Assembly: GCA_012026655.1 (NCBI GenBank)
Contig: JAAILG010000163.1
Span: 1-64,000, forward strand
Reading direction: 5' to 3'
DNA: 64,000 bases
Source: Hydrolagus affinis
Taxonomy: Eukaryota
The translations under genes and the position numbers were made by a program. The notes beneath the pieces were generated by a model that saw nothing but the letters and a program-made list of their open reading frames with translations, was not told the origin of the DNA and ran no database searches. Below are positions 35,446 to 46,660 of the stretch, one piece after another (the first letter of the stretch is position 1; each line of letters opens with the position of its first letter).

Positions 35446-36894
35446 ATTAAGGAGTGACTTCGCATTAAGGAGTAACAATTTATTGTGTCGAATGGAGTTT
35501 TGTACCATTCTGAAGTCAAAGCCTTGTTCAGTATGACCGAAAGCGCGACATAGGCCGGCTCAATTCCTTCCCCGTGCACAGGGAGGCCTTCAAACAACTA
35601 GGCGAGGATCGGTTACTGGTTTGTAATTTGCAGTTAAAGCATTTATTTCAAATATAAACTTTTCCACATTTCAGCGGTTGTATTTCATCCGAAAAAAACA
35701 AACAAGCGTTTCCATCTATTGCCAGAACAGTAAATGTAACGCAGACTATTGAAAACAAGATTACCTCTCTATTTGGGAGCAACATCCTTTCTTTTCGTGA
35801 ACATCTGAGCTTGGGTTGAATCTCTCAGAAAAGAAAAGGTGCACTTACATTAACACTCTTTCTGATGTGAAAGGGACCTTTTCGTAAACGCAGGATAAAA
35901 AGCTGGGAAACCACTCTATTCTGTGGAGAAGAGCCAGAGAGAGTTGCAGCATTGTCTGGTGCACTAACAGCTGAGTATTTGGACTCTATACAATGCCCAT
36001 CAGTCACAAAAATAAACATAAAAGGACACAAAGTGCAAAGGAGAAGCATTTGTCAGTGCTGTTGCTGCTACACAGTTTTTAGCTGCAAGGTCAGCGGGGT
36101 AGAATTTGCGTAGTCTTTCTGTTTGCCAATCTTAAAGTTGGTGCATGTCCGAATGAGTTTTTTTCCAATACGAAAAGCCTCGGTTTGCTCCTGGTTAGGG
36201 TTAGGCATCAATGATTTGGGAGCAAGTGCACCCATTTGTTTTTGCTTCCTACTTGTGTAAAGCGACCACCAGCACCAGCAAAATGAACCAAGGAGTTTTC
36301 CAACCCTTCTTGACTGAACATCAAGTACAGAGAGAGAGAGACAACCCACGGCACCAAAGCTGAAGTTAATGGACTCTTGTAAGACGACCAGGTCAAAGTC
36401 ACAAACAAAGCCACAAGGTCTTTTTAAGGAGAAATCCTTTTTTTTCTCACATTTTAGAATTTGGTAATCCAAATAGCTAGAAACTATACATGCATCCTGT
36501 CTAGTGGAACACAGAAACTGACACACCGTAGATTGCCTTTCTAATGAACGTTTCGATTGAGTAGTTACATTTTTATCTCTTTCAGACCCTCGGTGGCGTA
36601 TAGTTTTATCACCGTGAAAACAACACTAAATAATTAGCATCTGAACACTGTCTAATGAGGTGTTTAATCTGGATGTATGTCTCCATTAGTCCCACCCGTA
36701 CAGCACATTGTAGTTTTTAAAAAAAAAAATCTGCAATTGGTATTTTGGTCAAAATAGTAATAGTGCAGTAGTAATTTTGTTAGTTTGAACAGGACATATT
36801 TCTGGAGTGAATTCTCAGCATTATTTACAGGAAATGCCTCACCTCCTGTCTTTGCTCACTACTAATATACAATGATTTAACTACACGTAACATA

Positions 36895-36962
36895 AATCTT
36901 GTGCAGTGCTTTGAGATGTTCTGATGTCTTGATAAGGCCCAAAATCAAGGGCAAGGATTATG
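36895..36962 (+). mobile_element. SINE A tail fragment
   Basis: gtgctttgagatgttctgatgtcttgataaggc..gcaaggattat. Confidence 0.65.
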
Positions 36963-37374
36963 TTGCCAGTTACTAAAATGTGCAAAGCTTTCCAGCTCAA
37001 TTTGCATTCTTTTACTCTTTTTATGCCCCATTTCACAGCATCTCGAACTTGCCAAATTATTGAGGGCAGATGTGATTTTGTAGCCGGTTTGCTGTAGCTT
37101 GTCGGAAGAACCACAGAAATCTGACTTGAAAGTTGAGACTGAATTCAACAATTTGCCAAATTCTGGATGATATAAAATGCTACATAAATAGAGCAAATCT
37201 GAGACTCAAGAGTTTTTCGCAATGCTCAAGCAAGCGTAACCAGAATGATAACCTTGAGGTAGACTGTAACAGGCTGGTCTATGCGTTTAATTTCCTTCCC
37301 AGCTTCTTCCTGTCATTGTATTTTGATTATGAAAAATTGTCCGAATGAATATGTGTACAGTGGTGTATCCTGTT

Positions 37375-37487
37375 AGGAAGGGTACCAAGGGATTGGGGCA
37401 AAGGCGGATAATTGGAGTTGAGGTACAGATCAGCCATGATCTAATAGAATGGTGGAAAAGGCTCAAGGGGTTTCTGTGTTCCTACAT
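37375..37487 (+). mobile_element. Shark-type CR1 3' UTR
   Basis: tggagttgaggtacagatcagccatgatctaatagaatggtggaaaaggctcaagggg matches the recalled chondrichthyan CR1 tail. Confidence 0.75.
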
Positions 37488-37496
37488 GGTGCATGA

Positions 37497-37559
37497 AGTT
37501 CAGCGCCTTGAGATGTCCTCCCGACGTGAAAGGCGCTCTGTAAGTGCAAGTTGTTGTTG
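37497..37559 (+). mobile_element. L2 tail
   Basis: cagcgccttgagatgtcctcccgacgtgaaaggcgctctgtaagtgcaag(ttg)n. Confidence 0.8.
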
Positions 37560-37872
37560 AAGTTATGCTGCAAAATATTATTCTTAAAGCATTTCTCTTT
37601 ACTGTGCAAGTAAACCCTTCGCAATATGTTCATATAGAAGTTTCAACAAGTTTCTCTGCAAACTTAGGGATGGTGTTGGTTGCAATCGAAACTGAGGGCA
37701 AAAAATTCCACATAGTCAAAGCCTGCAAGGCTCTTTATTGAGGAAATTGTAGGAAATTATTCAAATCTTAAATTCTGTCTCAATTTGCAAGTGTATATCC
37801 CCCCCTGTTTCATACTCTGATTGAATTCAAGAATTTTCTAAAATTCTGTGAAGACCACATAGTCTTACAAGT

Positions 37873-37939
37873 CAACAACAACAACAGAATAACATTTATA
37901 GAGCGCATTTCACGTCGGGAGGACATCCCAAGGCGCTGG
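37873..37939 (-). mobile_element. L2 tail
   Basis: (caa)n..catttatagagcgcatttcacgtcgggaggacatcccaaggcgctg. Confidence 0.8.
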
Positions 37940-38095
37940 CAAAGATGAGGTGGAATTTCAGGCTTGTCTGTGTTTAGTGGGGGTGTTCCCTGTGCCTTCA
38001 CATCTCTCAGGAATATCCAACAAATATTATTTTCCTTTCCCTCCCACTATTTTCTGCATCTCTAAAGATACTTACCTTGCTTGGGAACTTTGTGC

Positions 38096-38201
38096 AATAA
38101 TAATCCTTGTATTTGATACAGTGCCTTATCAAACCATTGAGACATCTCAAAGCGCTACATGGAATAAATTGTAAAGTAGATTGACTGTGTATTTTGTAGG
38201 C
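38096..38201 (-). mobile_element. SINE A 3' half
   Basis: aataataatccttgtatttgatacagtgccttatc..catctcaaagcgct..gattgactgtgtattttgt. Confidence 0.8.
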
Positions 38202-41039
38202 ATATTCTGTATAAGGGTGTATTCTATAAAGTCTCAGGAAAAATTTTAATCCTGTGTAAAGAGCAGACTATGAAACTGCCATTGGTAGCAACTTTGCTGT
38301 AGTTGGTAAACATAGTTGGGTTACCTCTCCTGTTCCCCTCAATGGTCTATCTGGGATCTGCCCGTTGGGGGAATCTGGAAATTGGCAGCAAGGAAAGGAG
38401 CCAGGAAAGACGGTTCAAGAGGAGAGAAAGAAAGAAACTTCAAGAGCTGTACACGAGGGGAACAGGCTGGGAAAGGAGTGATGAGGAAGCAAGTGATTAA
38501 CTGTCAGCTGACAGTTTACTGGGAAGAAGATGGGACTTGTGTGATGGTGTGGGAGAATGGTTTCAATAGTGGCACACATCAGAAGCGAGGCACTGCTATA
38601 AAATCATACATGTGGAATACATACTGTACGAGACCACAACCACTTTCTCCATTCAGCAGCTTTGTGGTATTTAAGTAAAGACAGAGCGCGTTCAAACAAT
38701 ATTCTGTTACTCAAAGTAACCAGTTATTCTTTTGTTTTAAATGCATGTATGCATACTTAAGGCGCTATATCATCTGTACAAGCTTTTTTGGGGGTTGTCT
38801 CCAGTCAGCATGTGCATTGCTTTAGAAACTGTTAAATATCTGGTATGTAGCAGATAATGTGAGCTATTTGACACGATGTAGTGTGATTCCCTCAGTCTGG
38901 ACCATTTTTCAGAAACTTGACTCACATTGAATGGAATGTGAGGGGTTGGTGGTGGTGGGGGGGTGGGGGTGGGATGGGAATGGGGTGGATGTTGAGGCAA
39001 TGGGTTCCGCTTGACACCTACACCCAGTGAGATGGTTCCACGTAGGATTTAGCGCCTGTGCTGAGAAGGCGGTGAGTTGGTGACTGAGATCCATCCTGGA
39101 CATCTTCCTGATATTGAAACCCCTCGTCAACCCCTTCAATGTTGGCGCATGGTTAAAAGGCTATGTTTAACCCTTTGTAAAGCAAGGTATTATCTTGTTC
39201 ATAAAAAAAATGAATCACTCTTGCCCTGGCTTCACTCAGATCCTCATAATTCACTAAAGGAAGTTTTGATAACTTGTCCTTCACTATTTTATTTAAATTT
39301 GATGCATTTCACAAAGCACTAAGCCCACGTTCCGTGTCTGAAAATATAACCAGCGAGTAAAAGATTGGCTTTAATAGAAGAAAGTCCCTACGACTGGATT
39401 TTTATTAGCGAGACAAGACAGAGGGAGAATATCAAAGCGTCTCTGATTGTAATAACGCAGCTTGCCTGCAGGGGTTAGTCTTGTCCACAAATCAGCACAT
39501 TTGCTTATGCTTTGTGGACTTGTGCCTGATAAAGTATGAAAATAATGTTTGGATTATGACAGAAAGCAGTTAACCTGCAATGAGAGAAAAAAAAAGACTC
39601 CGTGGGTGCAGCTGAGAAAAAGCCAGGCGATTAAGTTTAATAATTGTTCCTGCTGGCTGACCAGTATACACACATATGTTCGTGTGTGTGTGTGTGTGTG
39701 TGTATTAAAAAAATATAAAAATCACCCCCCAAAAAAGGTAGTGAAGATCAAATGCCAATAGATTGCAATAAACATAACTATGGCATTAGCTTTGAGAATA
39801 TAATGGCAGGAGGCTCGACATGCTGCGATGCCAAAAAAAAAAGGCGCAGTTTTAGTTGGGAGAAGATAGTTTTTTTTAACAAAAAACCCACACAAATACA
39901 CAAATAAAATAAAAAAATGTGTGCCCATTGGAGTGTGAGGCGTACTTTATCTTCACTGTCAGACACTTTGACCAGTGTTAGGTTATCCTGATGCATTCGG
40001 CATACCTTCATTGCATCATAAATAAATCAGACAAATGACTTTCTTCCGAGGGTGGAACAAGCACAAGGGGGAAGCTCTGAGGTTGCTTCTCTATGAATCT
40101 CCTGATGGCAGCTGTGAACAATGAGTGAACTGCAGCCAAGCAATTACCCAGAATCCTTCCTTATCCAGACGCAGAAATTATATTGCTCTGTGATGGAGGT
40201 TTTGTATATTGAATTCAATAGCTCAGAGAATAAAAGACAGACATAAGAGGGGCAGAGGCTATTTAGACGAGTACCACTTGCTGCTTCGGGCAGTTAGATA
40301 GAATTAAATAGAATACTTTAATTTTCTTTCCCCCCCCGCCCGCCCCCCCAACCCGCCGCCCGCCACCTCTCTTCCCATCCCCTTACCTGACGCACCACGT
40401 CTCATTCCCTCTCAGCCTTGCTAAAAGGAAAATGAGCAGGATCCCATGCATTAGCCAGCAGTAATTTAAATATTACATTATAAAAGCATTAGAACTCTTC
40501 TTTTTGTCTTAATGTAATGCATCGGATATTTGCTTGTTTGTGTTTTTCTTTTGATTGGAATGTAAACTTTGCATTTTACAGGTTATAATTTTAATGAATA
40601 TTTCTTGCCATCTTTTAAAGCATCCCATTGTTTTGGAGAATCTGATCTCATTATCATATATTTCAACACTCCTTAATATTTTATACTTGCCATAAGCAGC
40701 AGCTATTATTTTGAAGTGCATCAATTGGAAACAACATAACTACCATTTGCTTGCGAGACAAATGCATGTGTGTCTCAGAGAGTGTTAGGATTCAGCTGTA
40801 CATTACAAAGCATTAGTGACTCTTTGTGTTAATGTTGAATATTTATGCGTGAAAATAGATTATTTCGGTTTGATCCTGCAGTTTGAGGTGATCTTCAATG
40901 ATGGCTGTTTCAGCTGATTACTGCAGTAAATGATTTGCTCTGAACACTTGAAAAAAAACACTTTTTGCCAAAAGAAAAGCTATGTTAGTGTTTCGATTTA
41001 GCTTTTTTAAAAAATAAAATGGTTTAAAAAAAAGTATAT

Positions 41040-41190
41040 GGTTACTCAATCCATGATTGTTTGGGGGGGCACTGCTGTGTGCCATTGGCTGCCGTATTTC
41101 ACCCATAAAATACACAGTCAATTCATTTTACAGTATATTCTGAGAAGCTCTTTGAGACGTCTCAACGACACGATAAGACACTATATCATA
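41040..41190 (+). mobile_element. SINE A core plus tail
   Basis: tcaatccatgattgtttgggg..cagtcaattcattttacagtatattctgagaagctctttgagacgtctc. Confidence 0.85.
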
Positions 41191-44100
41191 GAAATAGTCT
41201 CAGTAATTCGGGCTTATATGAGTAGTTTGTATACATGGAACCTGCAATTTCATTCATTTCAAATTAAAAGATAAAGATAAAGAAAATCGTAAATCGGTGA
41301 AGGAAACCAAGTAATCAGATTTCTGACTCAAAATAACTGGATCTGCTTTATTATATTGTGAATACAGTTGTAAAAAAAATTGACAAGTCAAATTTTTTCC
41401 TGGCCTGAATTATTATTTGAAATCAATAAATGAAAAAAAATGGGGGGAAAAAATTATCCCCAAAAATGTTTCAGCTCCTGTTTCCTGTAAGGCTCAAATG
41501 ATTATCTTTGTGTTAAATGTGCAATTAGTTTGTCAGTGTGTCTGAGAAGTAATTGCAAACAGCTATGAATGTGATAACAGGAAAAGAATTGCATGGATAG
41601 ACATGAATGTGCATGACATCATTAAAACTAGTGTCCTTGGAATGAATACATTTTGAGTTATAGGTTATTTGTGGTCACAGGAAAGCTTACTGGCTGCAGA
41701 ATGTAGGCCAGCGTCTAGCGTTTAGTTGAAATTTGCTGCTCAAACTCTGAATAAGTTGTGTTTTGTTACTAATAGAAAACTTATTTCTGAAGTTGAGGGA
41801 GCAGAATCTACACAGATGAGCTGCAGAAAACCATGAGCAGTGTACAGCCTGCCCTGGCAGTAAAATGAATGTATTGTCAAACAAAAAGACACGTGTAATG
41901 GTTTGCAACAATCCTATGCAGCTGGCTACGATGCAGAATTTCTCATGTTGAAGTCTCGAGACAGAAGAGATGCTGAGCCATAAATAAGGCAGCCACACAC
42001 CTGGAATGAATAAATTGCTTGTGTTGCCTTTGCAATACGCTGTGAGATTTATGCCCGTTTAGTGGATTTTAGGAAATTGGTGAGAAATGTGTTAAATTAC
42101 CACATAGATTGCCGGCAATCTCTACTCCTGTTTTATTTGGTTTCCTCAAAGATTCTAAAGTGGTTCCAAAGTGGTTCAGTAATCAACCATGTGTGTATAT
42201 GTGTGTGTATATAAATATATATATATATATATAAAAAACGAGCGTCGGTGCTTCAGTGAGAGAAAATAGTCTGTTTCTGCACTTTAGCACCATAATAAAC
42301 CTTTTTAAATAGATCATATTCCTATCGCCCACCTTCTATGCTGGGGTATAGACAGACCAGGGAACACAGACAGGTCAGTGTGAATTTGATGATAAATACT
42401 GTGTGGAAACAGAAGTCCAGTACGTAACCTATAATTGATTAGGTGGTAGATGAATTAATATGCTTAATCTTTTCCATATTGCATAAAGTGGACTTGTGTG
42501 CCATCTTAAAAGAAATGTAAGCCTTTAATGCACTGCCAGATTTGAAACAGTCTTTAATGTCTTCAATCCATCCACTGTATTTATCCAATCCTTCTCTCTT
42601 TAAACACCCCCACCCCCCACAACCCCCACTCCCTCTCTTTCTCTGTTTCTCTCTTTCTCTGTTTCTCGCTTTCTCTCTCTTTTTCTCTCGCTCACCCTCT
42701 TTTACTAAGTGTTTACTTCTCTGGCACAGAGAAAGCATTTAAAACTGATGTTCATGGTCTGATGCTTCGGATTCCTTCACTGCTGGTTTAAAAGGCTCAC
42801 TGTCTGAAATTCAACTCCAGTTACCATATAGCAATCCCCTAGGGTTTTCCTGATATTTAGCAAAAAGGAGCCCTGCAACCACTTATGAGTGGGATTTAAT
42901 AACAGGCAAATGTGTTTCTTATTTTGCATCTTGTTAAGAAAGATGCATGCTATCAAGTAGTCTCTTGGTGTAAGGTTTAGTGCAGTGCCTGCAACTGTAA
43001 TGATGCTCTGACTGTTAACACCACCATACGTCGACCACTTAAAATCCCAGCTGAGCTGAGACAAAATTACTTCATTTGTGCACTGGGCCGAAGATTGAGA
43101 AAGTTCTTCATATCTCGTCCTTTGACGATTCGTTCAGCATTTAAATTTTGAAATATGGAGTGTTGGCATGACTACAGTGCTATAATGCATGCTCCTGTTG
43201 GAAGCTGCCACACCAAGCTTTGTTCAGTAAAGCTTTATTACATGCTGATGTGTCCAATTAAGTGGAGTTTCCAGAATCCAACTCTGCAGTGCCATGAATG
43301 TTCTGAAAGCATCTCGGATATGTCGACATTTATTCAGTTTTTGGCAAATGTATCCCTCTTTAATGCATCCCCTCTGTTCTGACGAAAAGGGGGTGCAGCC
43401 AGGACAGGGATATATATATATATATTATCAGACTCGCACTTAATGTGACATGCTGTTTAGTAGAGAGGCATTTAACAATAAACAGAGAATCAAATATTGC
43501 TCAATAAACAGGAGCCGTTCATCTTGTGTCAAATGGAGAGTGCGTGCTACTGGGTAATAAACATATTATAACCCCCTCACGCCCGCCATTTCCTCTGGGT
43601 GAATTGGCTTTTCTGATCCACGAGCTGGTCATGCAAATTAATCTCCAGCCACATTTACATCTCTCATTTAGCCCAGCATAACATCGGATGTTGGAGTCAG
43701 ATACCTGAATTCTTCAAAAACAAATTCCTACCTCATTCCCTCCCCTCCTCCAACTCCCAAATGCCATTTACGTAAAAAAAAAAGGAACATAATGCTTGCA
43801 AGTAAACAAACAAACAAACATACTTGGAAAGTCCAAGAATGAACACAAGATTTCACAGTACTGTATTTCGTTTGTCTACCTTGAAAAGGCCACAATATCT
43901 AATAGGTGTTCATTTTACTCCCATCCATAGAGTTGGGTATGAAGTCTGTTCAATATAGTTTTGTGTTCCTTCCAAGCGGAGTCTTGCAATAAGAACCGTT
44001 CACTGTGTTGAGGGATATTTACACGCAGCCTAGGAATATCCCAAACTCTAGCTGGGATAGAAACTCAATCAGAGGCCCCAACATACGATATGAGCTGGAT

Positions 44101-44957
44101 TATCCCTAGTGCTTAAAGCACCGAGGGCGAAGGAGGGACAGTATCGTGGTCTGGATGACTGTCTCAAATGTTCTATTTGTGGCAGCGTTGAGGGCAAAAT
44201 CAAGTTGTGCTGACACATACTAAGTGCTATATTTTGCTTGTTGCCCCCGGAATATTTATTTAATTTATACAGTATAGTGCAAATAGCAGGCAAAATTGAC
44301 GGTTATACGAGGCCTTATCCATAGGATATGTAATTTCCTGCACAGTTCAGATATTTAGTGCAACCCCTGCCCACCGCCCCAACCAGGTTGTTTCAAGTAT
44401 CTTAAAGCCGCAAAAAAAACCTACACAATTATCAGATAAATGTGAAGTGAAACCAACAGTCAATTAATTGACCTCTGACTGCTCTCTTTGTTTATATTAA
44501 AAGTATCTAAGCCATCACTTTTTAATTGAATATTTTAGTTTCTGCTTTTTTTTGTTTTTTTAAAAAAAATTGAAGTGATTATTTGATTGAAATATTTTGT
44601 GTTCCATGAACTGTCTTTGTAGCTTTTTCTTTTGCACTTTAATCTAGTTTGTGTGTGTTTTTTTGGATTGATAGATTTGCTTTAATCCCTTGTCTAATAG
44701 CAGAATATAAGTAAGATGCACTGAATGAGCAAAGCTTAGTGCTTAGATTTAAGACCTTATATGTGGCAACATGCTGCATATTAAATAGGAGAAATGTTAT
44801 TTCCTAACTTGTAGTGAAAATATACGCCCAGAACCAACCTCCTCCTCTGTTTTGTGTTCACCTTTTATGCTCAGGAAAATAAATGCAAATTTCAATAAAA
44901 TTTTTACGAATTTGTCCTGATGCCATTTTTCTCGTTTCTCCTCCCAAATAAATACGA

Positions 44958-45070
44958 TAAATAATCCCTGCATCCCATAAAATGCCTTATCACGTCATTG
45001 TGATGTCTCCAAGCGCTTCATAGGATATACTGTATACTGTAAAGTATATTTTGTGAGGTGAAATGCCGAC
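44958..45070 (-). mobile_element. SINE A 3' half
   Basis: aataatccctgcat..gccttatcacgtc..ccaagcgcttcata..actgtaaagt. Confidence 0.75.
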
Positions 45071-46135
45071 AAATTTAAATATATCCTGAAATGTGCGGTA
45101 GCATTTATCAGCCTCTATTTTCTTATCTTGGGTGGCAAGATGAATTTTAAAGGGGTTTGAGATTTTTAAAGGGTGAAATGGAGATGGTGGGGAGAACAGA
45201 GAAAAAAAATGTACGGTTTGTTTTAAAAAAATGGTATTCGTGATTAATGCTGATACCAATGAAGCCTTGGATGCAAATGTGTTATCGGCTGTATTTCATC
45301 TCGTGTTTGGTAAAATATGGGGGGTGGTAGGGGGGATGCTAAAATAATAGGAGGGTAAGGAAACAATCTCTGAAGGGCAGCTGTCTTATGGCCCTGCTTG
45401 GAAAAGGCTGTTCAATAGGATTACTGTCCTACCTCATAACCTATCAGGCTGCTGATCAGAAATTCATAATGCACGCCATCTATTTTTCAGCTCCTGCAAG
45501 GTTGCATGATTGAATTTAAATGAGCAAATGCCAGAAGTGGGCTTTGACATTCACTCCTCATACTGTCTTTCTCTCTTCTCCCCCCATCCCCACCCCCAAC
45601 ACCAACCCCCACCTTCTCCCGTTCCCTCCCTCCCCGCCTCTCCCTCCCCTGCTTGCCACCATCTCATAGCCTGCAAAAAAAAATAATAGGAAGCTGCGAT
45701 CGATCACAAAATGGAGGAATACAGCAGAACGGGGAGAGGGAGGGAGGAAGGGAGGGAAAGGGTGGGGGGTGTGTGGGGGGGAGAGATAATGTAAATGGTT
45801 GCTGGCATGCTGTCAGTGGTGAAATTGCTCTTCTGAAGCCATTTGCGTGGAAATTAAAAAGAATTAAAATGATCTCAGCATATCTTTGCGACTGGCATCC
45901 ATTTCAAACGGCCATTTGCAATCCCTCTGTTTGAGACACTGTTTGATAATCGTACCACAGCAGTGCATTTGTAGGCATCTGAAATAACAAGGATTCTCTT
46001 GGAATTGTGATGGCATGTAACGTTGCGAGAGAGAGAGAAAAAAAACCACACACAGCAAATTTAGAGCCCATCGATGCATAAATAGGCAAATTCTGCAGGA
46101 GAATGTAATGTCAGTGGTGTCGCGTATGGGTCTAC

Positions 46136-46290
46136 CTTATTAGTTCTAACAGGCTGGTTAGTATGGGGTCACCTCCATGGCTGCTGCTCGCCACAGCAGG
46201 GTCATACGTCTTCAGGCAAGAACTAGGCAAAGCGAGCTGAAGATTCTGTCACATCATTCCAGCAAGCAAATTCTCATCCTTTCTCCCCAC
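46136..46290 (-). other. Candidate non-coding first exon with uORFs
   Basis: Complex sequence downstream (minus) of a (GA)n tract; ends AATAAG|gtagac at 46136/46135; contains uORFs MRICLLE*, MM* and MTLLWRAAAMEVTPY* with in-frame gcagccATGG. Confidence 0.45.
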
Positions 46291-46660
46291 TCTCTCTCTC
46301 TCTCTCTCTCGCTCGCTCGCTCGCTCTGTTTCTTTCGCTCTCTTTTTTTTCTATTTTTCTCTTTTTAATTTCAACCTGTGTTCTTTTCCTTGCCTCTTGT
46401 GCTCTCTTATCTTTCCATCTCTCTTTGCTTTGCTTGCTCTCTCGTCTCTGTCCCTTTTCCCATCTTTTCTCTTTGTTCTCTATTTCGTGATCTAACTCTT
46501 GATCTCTTTCTTCCTCCTCCTCTCTCCTTCTCTCTCTCTCTATATATACACACCTATATTTATGTACTGTGTATATGATATCTATGTGTGTGTGCATATG
46601 TAGATATATATATATATATATATAGTTCCGTGTATGTGTGTGTCTGCATGTATATGTCTG
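46290..46660. repeat. Polypyrimidine (CT)n/(CTCG)n tract followed by (AT)n/(TG)n microsatellites
   Basis: Read directly from the sequence. Confidence 0.9.

Noticed and set aside
46136-46290. Assigning a gene symbol (e.g. an FLRT paralog) to the leader exon
   Set aside because: Architecture is compatible, but no coding sequence is in the window and homology could not be verified
46177-46368. Plus-strand ORF MAAARHSR...
   Set aside because: Its ATG is the other strand of the CCATGG palindrome of the minus uORF, and it runs into a (CT)n tract
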